Below, piece after piece: positions 1 to 9,856 of a DNA stretch of 64,000 nucleotides; position 1 is the first letter of the stretch, and the number at the start of each line of letters is the position of its first letter. The notes below the pieces were generated by a model. The model was not told where the DNA came from. It searched no databases and saw only the letters and a list, made by a program, of their open reading frames with translations. The translations under genes and the position numbers were made by a program. The stretch covers positions 2,534-66,533 of the forward strand of contig NTJS01000001.1 in the NCBI GenBank assembly GCA_002457155.1, given 5' to 3'. Source of the DNA: Marine Group II euryarchaeote MED-G35 (lineage in GTDB: Archaea; Thermoplasmatota; Poseidoniia; Poseidoniales; Thalassarchaeaceae).

Positions 1-1088
1 TCCCACGCCTAACAGGCTGTGGCGACTCAACAGTCAGGGAGGTTACTAGAATCCTAGAGGAGCAGGTTATCAAGAGAGGGATTCAGAGGAATGCAGACCA
101 TTTGCCACTCTCTATTGTATCTGATAACAATCAAGTCAGAGGAATAGTGACCCTGAATATTTCTACAGGGGAAATCGAACCATTTCAGACAAAGGCGGTT
201 ATTCTCGCATCCGAAGGCCACCAGGGACTCTGGTCAAACCCGAATGAGGGTTCGGGAACCGGCGCGGCTCTGGCATTATCAGCCGGAATCGAGTTGAGGG
301 GGATGGGGAGCACCCCCAGGCACCCACTAACACTCAGGGACTGCGGCATTCATATCCCAATGGACGTACTTGGTTCAGGAGGTAGGATAAGGAGAGAAAA
401 TGGAGATGACATCGGTCCTGAGGAGGCCCTCGAGGGAGAGTCCTGCGTTCTTGATTTGAGAGGAATGGACCCAGACGCAAAGGCATGGTTCTCCCAAACA
501 TCATTGCGAATCAGAGACAGGCTCGGACTAGACACCACAAGAGACGTGATACCCTTGTCTCCTGGCGTAGCTTACACCACAGGAGGAGCCCCTTGTGATC
601 ACGAGGGCAGGGTAATCTTCGAGGAACAAAACACAGGAGATTCGGTAAGCCTATGGCACACCGGCCTGTATGCTGCTGGAAGGAGTGCCAATACTGGAAT
701 GCACGGCATCTCTCCTCTACCCGGCAATATCCTACTGGATGACTTAGTTTCCGGAAAGGCAGCAGGCGTCCACGCCGCTACCTGGTCTCCAACTAACCTC
801 TTCGGGGGCTCGACCCAAATCGAACAAGCAGTGAAGGAAGCATCTGAAAGAATCACCTTAATCAGGGAAGGGGAAGGGATGACAGTAGGAAACTTCGCCT
901 CTAAACTATCTTCTGCAATCTCGACAGGTTCGTCCTCGAAGGATGCAGCACTAGCAGAAATCCACAACATCAAGGGTTCTGGGATCCGACTCACGGATAC
1001 TTCGAAAGTCATGAACACCGAGATGGTGGAGGCCCTCAGATTACACGGATTAGCCTCGGTAGCCGAGGCGATCATTACCTCTGGGTGA
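1..1088 (+). CDS. FAD-dependent oxidoreductase, succinate dehydrogenase/fumarate reductase flavoprotein-like; 5' partial, reading frame is open from the window edge (position 3)
   Basis: Translation contains 'TGEIEPFQTKAVILASEG', 'GTGAALALSAGIEL', 'HPLT' and 'VAYTTGGAP'. These resemble SdhA/FrdA/NadB blocks: the GEI..F.AKAV.LATGG block, the HPT substrate loop and HYxMGG. No stop codon upstream to position 3, so the N-terminus lies outside the window. Confidence 0.55.
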   Translation, partial: PRLTGCGDSTVREVTRILEEQVIKRGIQRNADHLPLSIVSDNNQVRGIVTLNISTGEIEPFQTKAVILASEGHQGLWSNPNEGSGTGAALALSAGIELRGMGSTPRHPLTLRDCGIHIPMDVLGSGGRIRRENGDDIGPEEALEGESCVLDLRGMDPDAKAWFSQTSLRIRDRLGLDTTRDVIPLSPGVAYTTGGAPCDHEGRVIFEEQNTGDSVSLWHTGLYAAGRSANTGMHGISPLPGNILLDDLVSGKAAGVHAATWSPTNLFGGSTQIEQAVKEASERITLIREGEGMTVGNFASKLSSAISTGSSSKDAALAEIHNIKGSGIRLTDTSKVMNTEMVEALRLHGLASVAEAIITSG

Positions 1089-1092
1089 TTAG

Positions 1093-1515
1093 ATGGGCGA
1101 TGATCCAAGCATCTTCTCCTTGATCATCAAAGGAGAGATCCCCTGTCACAAGGTGTACGAGGACGATTTGGTTTTCGCATTCCTAGACATCAACCCATTC
1201 AGCCCCGGCCACACTCTAGTAGTTCCCAAGGAACCGTCTAGAACACTTGACAAGTTGAGCGATGAATCGGCAGAGGCGTTGGGGCGCGTTCTCCCTAGAA
1301 TTTCAAAAGCGATATTGAGAATAACCGGGGCCGAAGAATTCAACGTCATCCAGAACAACGGCCCAAACGCTTTCCAGAGCGTTTTCCATGTACATTTCCA
1401 TATTATTCCCAAGATGAAGGACGGCAGAGGCCTAACATTTCCATTCAAATCTTCACCAATAGACCATGAGCAAGCAGAAAAGTTGGCCACGTCAATCAGA
1501 GAATTGCTGGATTAA
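1093..1515 (+). CDS. HIT-family (histidine triad) nucleotide hydrolase
   Basis: 140 aa with the diagnostic 'HVHFHIIP' histidine triad near the C-terminus and an N-terminal 'IIKGEIP...VYEDD' HIT fold signature. Starts 5 bp after the upstream gene. Confidence 0.85.
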   Translation: MGDDPSIFSLIIKGEIPCHKVYEDDLVFAFLDINPFSPGHTLVVPKEPSRTLDKLSDESAEALGRVLPRISKAILRITGAEEFNVIQNNGPNAFQSVFHVHFHIIPKMKDGRGLTFPFKSSPIDHEQAEKLATSIRELLD

Positions 1516-1557
1516 ATTATTCTCAATAATCAAGACCTAAAACCCACTCCGAATCCT

Positions 1558-3045
1558 GTGTCGGATATGCATGGTGCTCCCAATATCGAACCAGAATTGT
1601 CCAGTGGAGCAATGAAACTGAGAAGAAAGAAACTAGATCGCCTTCCTTGGGACCATACTGGCAGACACCCGGGGAACCCATTCTTCTGGAAGATCATCGT
1701 CTTGATGATGGGCATAGGTCTAAGGTATATTTTCAGAAGGAGCCACTACGACAAATTTCCTGATTTCGAGGGTGGAAGAGTTCTGTCAGCTATCCATCTA
1801 AATGGTCTGGTCGACCCCACGACAATGGTCCATTCCCAGGATCGCAGAGTCATCTCAATGGGCAGACATGACTTGATGACAATGCCCTTGATAGGCTGGT
1901 TCTCCAGGAGAATGGGCTCTCAGCCGGTGATTAGGAGGTCAGAGATAGAAAATGGGGTTTCGGATGAAGAGTATGCGAAAAAAATCAACGACAGGACATT
2001 GTTGACAATGACAAATTGCATCGCATCAGGGCACAATGCCCTGGTGATGCCAGAGGGAAAGTCCCATCAGGACTCAAGACTGCACAGATTCAAGACGGGC
2101 CCTATGAGATTCGCGTTAAACGCAGCCTCAATCGCACAACACAGGGGTCTCCCATCCCCAGCACTTCAGCCCATTGGCCTCCACTTCCGATGTCACTATT
2201 GGTTCAGGACAGATGCTTTCATTGAGTTCCAAGACCCCATCCCAGTAGATGCACCAGAAGTTCCAGGTGCGGCAGAGAGATTGTCATCGGGAGCATGGGT
2301 GGAACCCCCATCCGAACAAGTAAACTCTCTGCGTGATAGGTTATTCTCTGCGCTTTCAGAGGTCTCTCCAGACGCCCCCGATTGGGAAACCTACCGCGCT
2401 TGGCACCTGATAGGTCATATCCGAGCAAATATGGCCAACAAACCCCTCGGCTCGTTCAGGGACGAAGTACTTGCAGCAAGGGATGTCCGTGACTCGCTTG
2501 CAGATAGAGAACCCCAGGAGGGCTTGCTGGCTCCTTCTATAGAAGCTGCAAAGATACTACACGATCACAATCTGGATGGACGCTCGGTAGAAGGGCTGAA
2601 TCTGAAGACAAGCAGGGCGTGGATCAGCGGCTTAGCAGGCATTTTCTTGATGGCACTCGCGGCCCCGGTCACGATTCCGTCAACTGGAGCCCAGGCATTC
2701 TTCGCATGGTACATGGGAGACAGGACAGACGAGGGAATAGACGCTAGGACCACATATCACTTCCTAGCTGGGATGTTCTCGCCTATTCTATTCTGGATTC
2801 CCATGGCAATTGTAACGTCCATGATACTCATAACGCCATCCATGATTTCATTACCAATTAATCTTGGATTAGCGGTGGTCATAGTCTTCCTCATTCACGC
2901 TTCAAACGTAGTCTTCCTGTTTGGATATGATTGCTGGACCGATTTCGCTATCTCCTCTAAGAGTGCACGCCTAGCGTCCTCTGAACAAGGAAAGAGACTC
3001 CTTGAACTGATTGATGATGTTAGCACCAACCTCAACTTGCTCTAA
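1558..3045 (+). CDS. PlsC-type (PF01553-like) glycerolipid acyltransferase with C-terminal multi-TM domain
   Basis: Acyltransferase blocks are present: 'AIHLNGLVDP' (H-x5-D, one residue longer than the canonical HX4D), 'GSQPVIRRSE' (block II-like) and 'LVMPEGKSH' (PEG block). The C-terminal roughly 150 aa are hydrophobic ('LAGIFLMALAAPV', 'FLAGMFSPILFWIPMAIVTSMILI', 'LGLAVVIVFLIHA'). Confidence 0.65.
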   Translation: MSDMHGAPNIEPELSSGAMKLRRKKLDRLPWDHTGRHPGNPFFWKIIVLMMGIGLRYIFRRSHYDKFPDFEGGRVLSAIHLNGLVDPTTMVHSQDRRVISMGRHDLMTMPLIGWFSRRMGSQPVIRRSEIENGVSDEEYAKKINDRTLLTMTNCIASGHNALVMPEGKSHQDSRLHRFKTGPMRFALNAASIAQHRGLPSPALQPIGLHFRCHYWFRTDAFIEFQDPIPVDAPEVPGAAERLSSGAWVEPPSEQVNSLRDRLFSALSEVSPDAPDWETYRAWHLIGHIRANMANKPLGSFRDEVLAARDVRDSLADREPQEGLLAPSIEAAKILHDHNLDGRSVEGLNLKTSRAWISGLAGIFLMALAAPVTIPSTGAQAFFAWYMGDRTDEGIDARTTYHFLAGMFSPILFWIPMAIVTSMILITPSMISLPINLGLAVVIVFLIHASNVVFLFGYDCWTDFAISSKSARLASSEQGKRLLELIDDVSTNLNLL

Positions 3046-3069
3046 ATAGGACCGCTTCCTGCAACATTC

Positions 3070-3696
3070 GTGAACCATAGCGAGGCGGCCGACTCAATCA
3101 GGGCTTGGTTGGAAGGGGAGAGACTAGAAGCCAGAGAGGTCAAAGACCCCCAAGCGATAATCCACCTTCACGTACGATACCCGCCGACAAAGCAAGGGCA
3201 CCTCTTCAATATTGTAATTCCAAAGAATAGGAATCTTGTATTGGTCTATTCAATCACAAGAGTGGACGAAGGGCAACAGGAATCAATGCGAGAAATGGCC
3301 AAAGAGGAATCAGAGGACTGGGAGGAGTGGCTTCATGAAACCAGAATAAGAATGACGTCTTCAGATCTTGATTGGGTCCTCCATGTCGGCAAAAGCAAAG
3401 ATGGAGTGGCGGGCCCTCTTCAGGCATTCAATCTTTCAAGACCAGTTTGGCTAGACGGACTTACGCAGAATGAGTTTATGCAAAGCATGAGAAAAGTCTG
3501 GCTGACTAAACTCTCATTGATCCATCAAATCAAGTACGGTTTCGGCAATGGCAAGGGGAAGCCAGGGCCTGTTGACGATTGGGAAGGAAAGAAGTCTGGC
3601 CGAGCATCGAGACAACCTCAAACGCGCCAATCCGAGATTGATACAGACGAGACCGGCGGCTTTGGCAAGGACTTCGACCCGCTCGAGTGGGCATAG
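3070..3696 (+). CDS. hypothetical protein (GTG start)
   Basis: 208-aa ORF in the dominant coding orientation with no recognisable catalytic motif. It has an acidic central segment and a C-terminal Gly/Lys-rich tail. Confidence 0.4.
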   Translation: MNHSEAADSIRAWLEGERLEAREVKDPQAIIHLHVRYPPTKQGHLFNIVIPKNRNLVLVYSITRVDEGQQESMREMAKEESEDWEEWLHETRIRMTSSDLDWVLHVGKSKDGVAGPLQAFNLSRPVWLDGLTQNEFMQSMRKVWLTKLSLIHQIKYGFGNGKGKPGPVDDWEGKKSGRASRQPQTRQSEIDTDETGGFGKDFDPLEWA

Positions 3697-3766
3697 TCCC
3701 CGAGGCACCCAGGAACTAGCAAAAAGTGACCATAAGGGGTTTAGGTTAAGTATCCGAGTAATCCGA

Positions 3767-6700
3767 ATGATTACGATGCACTACGACCGTTCTACCGACA
3801 AGGAAGGAATTTCGAGCAAGAGGAGTGGCACGACCATTGTCATGTTGATGCTACTCAGCCTCCTAGCCTCGTTCTCATCTCCAGCCAGTGCCAGTGACAT
3901 TGTAGTCACGGATCCAATAGAAGTCGTTCAGAGCAGTGTGCACAATGACAGAATGATGGCAATGGACGCGGACTCTCAAGGAAACGTGCACGTTGTCTGG
4001 AGTCGTAACACAAATCACCTGTATTACAAGATGCTAGATCCAAGGGGGGAAACCCTGATCTCAGAGACCCAAATATCTGATCCGGGAGCTCATCGAGCGT
4101 GGCATCCAGATGTCACTGTTGACAGTGATGACATGGTTCACGTTGTTTGGACAGATAGGGCCGGGCAGTACAAGATCATGTACACTCTTCTCGACCCATC
4201 ACTAGACGATCAGAGTGGGGATGCATCTCTAGACTCAACCCTGTCCGTAGTGCCAAACGACTTCGAAGTCGCAAACAACCCGCAGAATCGGGATTGGCCA
4301 GCCATTGATGTAGACTCAGAAAACAACCCCCACATCGTATGGGAGGATTCTTTTGAGCCCCTTGAGCTATACTATCAGCAGTCACAGATTTACTACAAGA
4401 TGCTCTCAGTAGACCAAGTCGCTAGAGTAGTTATTGTTGAGATTGACAACACCCTCCTTACTCCCATACTTGGCCAGAAGGGACACCCAGACATCGCAGT
4501 CGACATCAACGACTTCGTACAGATCGTCTGGGACGACACCAGAGGAGGCCAAGTAGAGATGGTGGTCCCAATCGACACCTCAGGTTCGATGAACGCAGAA
4601 TGGGCAGACATGTGCGCAGTATTCTACGGAGGGAACTTCGCCAGTGGGGGGTATTTCGTGGGATTGAAGCCAATGCTTGTCAGCGCCAATATGAGCGTAT
4701 ATGAGACACTATATGCGCTAAGCGGCAATTGGCCTGCAGCAGCAACCAGCGGAAACTGTGCCGATGCCTACCAGACTGGGGGCTCTGGGAGCCAAGGACC
4801 CAGAAACACCCCACTTGGGCCAGGAGACGCCTCAGGTGGAATCAGGGAGCTAACCGAGGTCGTTTACAACAATCAGGCTACTAACCTCCCAGCTGATGGG
4901 GGGTATTACAGCGAGTTTTGGGGACCAGCATCGACTTGGGCATGCCTCTCATATAGGGACATTCAGGGCAGACAAGGACTAGCAGCAAACCCCCCAACCA
5001 CACTAGACCACCGATGGAACGACAATGCTACTCGAGTGGTCATACCTATTTCCGACGAGGGCCCCTATGGTGGCACCCCAATGGATAACGACGACACCTC
5101 GAGCATCAACCAGGCACACGATGCATGTGTTTTGGCTCAGACTAAGCCATACCCTCTCTGGGCGGGTTCTGATACGGCAGTGGGTAGCTACATGCTGGAT
5201 ATGGCGCAGTGCCCCGTGGGCTCCGGACTCAATACCAGAACATGCAATGGAGCAACAACCCGTACCACCACTGCGGAGGGACAAATGTACCAGTTCCCAA
5301 CTACCGCTGGGTCTTCTTCCGAACTAGAGATCATGGTTGAGGCCATGGTTTACCTAGCTACGAACAACTCACGTGAGATTTACATGACAGTTCTGGACCC
5401 TCACGCCCTATTGGAGAACCCATGGCCTGGTTGGAGCCGAGGAGATCCCGGGACCGAAGCAAATCAGAATGGATATTACGTTGAGGATCTAGGACCTTCG
5501 GAAGATGAACAGGGATACGGTCATCTAATAGTCGTGAATGACACTCAGATTACCAATAATCCAGCATACAGTCTGCACCCTTCTATTGCTATCGATAACT
5601 CCGGTAACACGCACCTAGCTTGGCAGGATGGCCGGCTCTATCCCGGTTGCGATGGCCGCACAGGAGGAATCGATATCGAAGGGGCCTACGAGATATACTA
5701 CACCAGGCTTCGACTAAGAGGGGCCGCAGAGTGGGACGGGGTGCCAGAAGGCCTTCCTGCCTATGGAATAAAACAGATTGCGTCAAGCGCAATTTCGACT
5801 CCAGAACAATGCGAGGGCGCCTCCGAAGAATACCCATTTGCGCCCAGCTCGGTTGCCCCTCAAATTCTGACTGATTCCTTCGACAATGTCCATCTTTCTT
5901 GGATTGATTATAGTTTTACAGAATGGCAGGAGACAATAATGTACGCCAGGCTGAACAATACTAACGAAAAGTATCCACAAGGGTTCCCGATAAACTCAGC
6001 AGCATCGTCAATCCTTGATCCATGGGAGGTCCAAGAGGTCAGCAATTGGACATCTGACAAACTCGGCCCAGCAATGTGTCAACCAGAATGCAACACCGCC
6101 GACGGGCATCACTTATTCCCCGATTTCAATCTTGACAGGGGAATGCCCCCGGCGTTTGCAAACGACCTAGGTAGTGGTGCGCACATAGGATGGTCCGACA
6201 AGAGATGTGACTGGGAGGGTTCCAATGCAAACAAGTGGACCCTCTGTTATGTTCACGTGCTCACTGGTCTAGTTGACCTCTCGCTCGCTTGTGATGAGAA
6301 AATCCAAACAAATGCAAACATAGAGGGATACCCATACGAATGCCCTACTGACGCTGAGACATTCTATCACACAATCCAACCCGGCGAGCTTACAACCTTC
6401 AACATCACAATCGCAAACCCGACTCCCGGACCAGCCGAGTTGGTTAGAGACACATTCACAGTCACCATGGAGGGAGTCCCCAACAATTGGACAGCCACCC
6501 TTTTCTACATGACCAATAATACGCCAATCTTCGACTCGACTCCTGTTTTCCTAGATGGCGGAGCTATCGACCCACTATATCTCAGAGTCAGAACACCCAC
6601 GATTTACCAAGCGAAAGACGACGAATTGGCCCAAATAAGCATAATCGCGACATCCGCAAAGGATCCAGCAATCCGTAACAAACTCACCCTCCTGACTTTG

Positions 6701-9043
6701 ATGGATGTAGTGCATGGTATCGAACTCGATACTAGCCACTTCCAGGTAGATGTCGAGCAAGGCAAGTCAGCGGTATTCTCCATCTCAATCAAGAACACCG
6801 GAAACGTGTATGACACCTTCGCATTCTACGACCCAGCTACGTTGGAGGGTCAGAATGAGTGGTCATTGCCATTTGGATGGGGCATAGACTTCCCACTCCT
6901 CCTCTCCCTTGATCCCGGACAGTCTGTCACGAGAAACCTGAAGGTCAGCGTTCCCGAGTCTCAGGACCCAGGCACATTCGCCATCTATCTGAAGGGGTGG
7001 TCTACGGGCGAACCGGTCCTTTCTATCGACAGAGGGACCTTCGACGTTCTAGAACTGTGGATAAATGTCTCAATCAGGACGACCGGGAACATCGTCTTCG
7101 ACATCGGTGATACGAAGTTGTACGTTCTCCCAGGAGAGTGTGCTATTTTCCCGATTCAAGTGAACAAATACTTCACTCCGGGCCACATTGTCTTCACAAC
7201 TCCCGGGGCTCCGATGGAAAGACCTGCAGAAGCCGACATCAACTCTTGGAGATTCGATCATTGGACGGTGGACCTGGACTTCTCTGAGTGGTCAGGCAGC
7301 CCATCCTCGGCCGATCAGGACATTTACTGGGCCCAAGTAGGAACTACCTACACCGTGAGTGCAGAGATGTGCTCCCCATTCAATGCAACAGCCGGAATAG
7401 GCGAATCAGTGACCGTGCGAGCACATCTGGACGGTACTCCGAAGGTCCGTGACTCAGTTCTGATTCTGACGAACGTGGTCCAGAGGTACGAACTCGAGTC
7501 AATTGTCCCAGAAACTATCGTCGACCTGTACCCCGGACAATCCTATCAGATGAATACAACGGTTTCCAATCTAGGGAACGGACAGGACAGGTTCGATATC
7601 ACCATCGAATCAATTGTAGATAGCCAAGGAGGGGCCCACGTCTGGGATATGGACATCCCTAGGATCCTGTTTGAGGAATTGAATAGGGACGAAGCCCAGA
7701 CAGTGCCAATTTACATCAATGTCCCTGTACAGACCCTAGCAGGCGAGTACACAATCACATTCAATGTACTGAGCGAGGAGCCATTCCCCTGCACAGAGGA
7801 TCCGTGTGAGGGGACCAAGGTTCAGGATCAGATAGTAATTAGAGCCACAATCATAGAATTCCATGACATGCAGATCTCACTAGATCCAACGGTTGAGAGC
7901 AAGATAAAGACGACCGCGCCAAGCAGAATCGTAAGATACACGCTCAACGTATCCAATTTCGGGAACGTCGAGGATCAACCTACAATACACAATCACACCT
8001 ACGATGATGTAACCAATGTCTGGTCCGTGAGACCGGGCCTCGGATCGCTCAGCACATGGGAAATTGATTACGCCCTGCTGGAGGGATTCGGTACCGAATT
8101 CCCATTAGAGAAGCCATGCGTGGAGTTAACTGTAGAAGAAGAGAACCAAATCAACCAACTGTTGTCACAAGGAGAAGGTCCAGATTACTGTTATGTTACT
8201 GCTGCTAACACACTTACTCTCCCAATGATGCAACCATACACTACATTGCAGTTGGTGGTCATCGTGACAGTCGCTCCAGACGCGGCTCTAACCGATAGAA
8301 ACCTGGGAATCAAGGTGCTCTCTATGCATGGGTCATCCGATCAGGGAGGAGATTTCGATGAGACCGAAGTTTGGACCGACTCATGTACTCTGGATAGCAA
8401 TTCAGACGGCTTCCCAGACAACCTTCCTCCTGATTGCGACACCAACGAACAAATTCTAGAGATGCGACTAAGAGCCCCAGACTTGGTCCTTGAGAGCGTC
8501 ATAGCTCCAGTCAAAGAGGCCGCAATTGGGGAAATGCTCTCCATCAACGTCTTCATCACAAACAGAGGGAATGCCCATGCTACCGACGTGAACATAATCC
8601 TGTGCAAGGACCAGTCGGAGTCGGATATCAAGAGGAACGGCTGCAAAGAAGAAAACATCGTCTACAGGCAGATTGTCAACGCCATCATGCCCATCGGCCA
8701 GTCCGATACCGATCAGTCCGACCCAATTACCCTGCTATACATGGTGGAGCCAGGGAACCACGTTATCGTCGTGGTCGTGGATCCAGACAACAACATCGTA
8801 GAGACCGATGAGAACAACAACATCCAGAGGATTGGGAACATGAAATCCCCCTTAGGCTCACTCGATGTCGGTAGGGAGCTAGTCGTTAGGTATGCAGTGC
8901 CAGCCATAATCATCGGAGCAACCTTCTCCCTCTTTGGAGTCGCAGGTTACGTTATTTGGGGTAGGAGAGTCGAAGCCCTGGCAAGGTTCTCCGAGCTAAG
9001 CAGCCTTCTTCCCGGCTCCGACGACGATGACATGGTCTTCTGA
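3767..9043 (+). CDS. giant cell-surface protein: signal peptide, propeller-like H(V/I)VW repeats, VWA domain, multiple CARDB/Ig-like modules, C-terminal TM anchor
   Basis: The ORF-track start at 3548 overlaps the upstream gene. The first in-frame ATG at 3767 is followed by a classic signal peptide ('TIVMLMLLSLLASFSSPASASD'). Repeats 'VHVVWS', 'VHVVWTD', 'HIVWED', 'VQIVWDD', 'HLAWQDG', 'HLSWID' and 'HIGWSD' suggest beta-propeller blades. 'VVPIDTSGSMN' is a VWA MIDAS motif. There are many N-x-T sequons and CARDB-like modules ('DPGQSVTRNLKVSVPES', 'LYPGQSYQMNTTVSNLGNGQDRFDITIES', 'GEMLSINVFITNRGNAHATDVNIIL'). The C-terminal hydrophobic helix 'AIIIGATFSLFGVAGYVIWGRR' is followed by an acidic tail. 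Confidence 0.75.
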   Translation: MITMHYDRSTDKEGISSKRSGTTIVMLMLLSLLASFSSPASASDIVVTDPIEVVQSSVHNDRMMAMDADSQGNVHVVWSRNTNHLYYKMLDPRGETLISETQISDPGAHRAWHPDVTVDSDDMVHVVWTDRAGQYKIMYTLLDPSLDDQSGDASLDSTLSVVPNDFEVANNPQNRDWPAIDVDSENNPHIVWEDSFEPLELYYQQSQIYYKMLSVDQVARVVIVEIDNTLLTPILGQKGHPDIAVDINDFVQIVWDDTRGGQVEMVVPIDTSGSMNAEWADMCAVFYGGNFASGGYFVGLKPMLVSANMSVYETLYALSGNWPAAATSGNCADAYQTGGSGSQGPRNTPLGPGDASGGIRELTEVVYNNQATNLPADGGYYSEFWGPASTWACLSYRDIQGRQGLAANPPTTLDHRWNDNATRVVIPISDEGPYGGTPMDNDDTSSINQAHDACVLAQTKPYPLWAGSDTAVGSYMLDMAQCPVGSGLNTRTCNGATTRTTTAEGQMYQFPTTAGSSSELEIMVEAMVYLATNNSREIYMTVLDPHALLENPWPGWSRGDPGTEANQNGYYVEDLGPSEDEQGYGHLIVVNDTQITNNPAYSLHPSIAIDNSGNTHLAWQDGRLYPGCDGRTGGIDIEGAYEIYYTRLRLRGAAEWDGVPEGLPAYGIKQIASSAISTPEQCEGASEEYPFAPSSVAPQILTDSFDNVHLSWIDYSFTEWQETIMYARLNNTNEKYPQGFPINSAASSILDPWEVQEVSNWTSDKLGPAMCQPECNTADGHHLFPDFNLDRGMPPAFANDLGSGAHIGWSDKRCDWEGSNANKWTLCYVHVLTGLVDLSLACDEKIQTNANIEGYPYECPTDAETFYHTIQPGELTTFNITIANPTPGPAELVRDTFTVTMEGVPNNWTATLFYMTNNTPIFDSTPVFLDGGAIDPLYLRVRTPTIYQAKDDELAQISIIATSAKDPAIRNKLTLLTLMDVVHGIELDTSHFQVDVEQGKSAVFSISIKNTGNVYDTFAFYDPATLEGQNEWSLPFGWGIDFPLLLSLDPGQSVTRNLKVSVPESQDPGTFAIYLKGWSTGEPVLSIDRGTFDVLELWINVSIRTTGNIVFDIGDTKLYVLPGECAIFPIQVNKYFTPGHIVFTTPGAPMERPAEADINSWRFDHWTVDLDFSEWSGSPSSADQDIYWAQVGTTYTVSAEMCSPFNATAGIGESVTVRAHLDGTPKVRDSVLILTNVVQRYELESIVPETIVDLYPGQSYQMNTTVSNLGNGQDRFDITIESIVDSQGGAHVWDMDIPRILFEELNRDEAQTVPIYINVPVQTLAGEYTITFNVLSEEPFPCTEDPCEGTKVQDQIVIRATIIEFHDMQISLDPTVESKIKTTAPSRIVRYTLNVSNFGNVEDQPTIHNHTYDDVTNVWSVRPGLGSLSTWEIDYALLEGFGTEFPLEKPCVELTVEEENQINQLLSQGEGPDYCYVTAANTLTLPMMQPYTTLQLVVIVTVAPDAALTDRNLGIKVLSMHGSSDQGGDFDETEVWTDSCTLDSNSDGFPDNLPPDCDTNEQILEMRLRAPDLVLESVIAPVKEAAIGEMLSINVFITNRGNAHATDVNIILCKDQSESDIKRNGCKEENIVYRQIVNAIMPIGQSDTDQSDPITLLYMVEPGNHVIVVVVDPDNNIVETDENNNIQRIGNMKSPLGSLDVGRELVVRYAVPAIIIGATFSLFGVAGYVIWGRRVEALARFSELSSLLPGSDDDDMVF

Positions 9044-9044
9044 T

Positions 9045-9779
9045 CTACTTGGCCATCCACCAAGGCAACGGCATTGAGTCCCTTCCAGCGACGAAGGATC
9101 CCGAACTAGTTGCGAAATCCCTCATCAGTCGTTCTCTCAAAGTATCCATCATCTCCTCCGCATGCATCGACTGGATCCGCATCCCCTGCGAGAATGCATC
9201 AAGATCCAAAGGCCTCCTTGGGTGCCTCATCATCGCGTGTGCGAGCTGCCTCTCTTCGTATGACTCGAAACTCTCATCGACACTGGGGGATACTTTGTGC
9301 ATCACTTGCTGATGCAGAGCAATAATCGAGTCTCTCTGCCTGTCAACGCTCTCCAAGGCTGCATCCAATTCTGACAGAATACCCATTGCGTCGACCATCG
9401 GGAGAGTCTTACTAGCCCCTATCTTCCCAACCACATTCTCTAGATCGCTAGGCAGGCTTCCCGATAATCGCATTCCTCTGGGCATCTTTCGATGCTCTGC
9501 CCTAAACAGGTCTGGCCCCAAGTCTAAGCGAATTGAGAATGACTGATTAACTCTGTACACCTTCTTTGGAGGCCCTCCCTTGTCCGACTTCCTAATTTCA
9601 GAATCTACGAATCCAGCCTCCTCTAGGACTTTGAGATGTTTGACAACTGCCTGTTGGCTTACATCGAGCAATTCAGAGAGTTGGAGAGGGTAGTGGGGCT
9701 CTTTTACCAAGTGCCTTAGAATAGATCTCCTTGTAGAATTCTCTAGGATGCTGAGAGACTCATCGAACCCTACCATCAC
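9045..9779 (-). CDS. winged-helix (ArsR/TrmB-like) transcriptional regulator with C-terminal domain of unknown function
   Basis: The N-terminus 'RRSILRHLVKEPHYPLQLSELLDVSQQAVVKHLKVLEEAGFV' is a typical ArsR-type HTH. The rest is alpha-helical with no known motif. Confidence 0.6.
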   Translation of the reverse strand: MMVGFDESLSILENSTRRSILRHLVKEPHYPLQLSELLDVSQQAVVKHLKVLEEAGFVDSEIRKSDKGGPPKKVYRVNQSFSIRLDLGPDLFRAEHRKMPRGMRLSGSLPSDLENVVGKIGASKTLPMVDAMGILSELDAALESVDRQRDSIIALHQQVMHKVSPSVDESFESYEERQLAHAMMRHPRRPLDLDAFSQGMRIQSMHAEEMMDTLRERLMRDFATSSGSFVAGRDSMPLPWWMAK

Positions 9780-9856
9780 TTACCAACTCAAGGTTGGGTA
9801 GTCAACGCCCTCTAAAAACCCAATCTAGATGATTATGACGTAAACTTGGATTCCAG

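Noticed and set aside
3548-3766. Upstream 73 codons of the giant ORF (track start 3548) overlapping the 3070..3696 gene
   Set aside because: No signal peptide until after the ATG at 3767, and the stretch overlaps a better-supported upstream ORF. Treated as read-through of an open frame, not coding.
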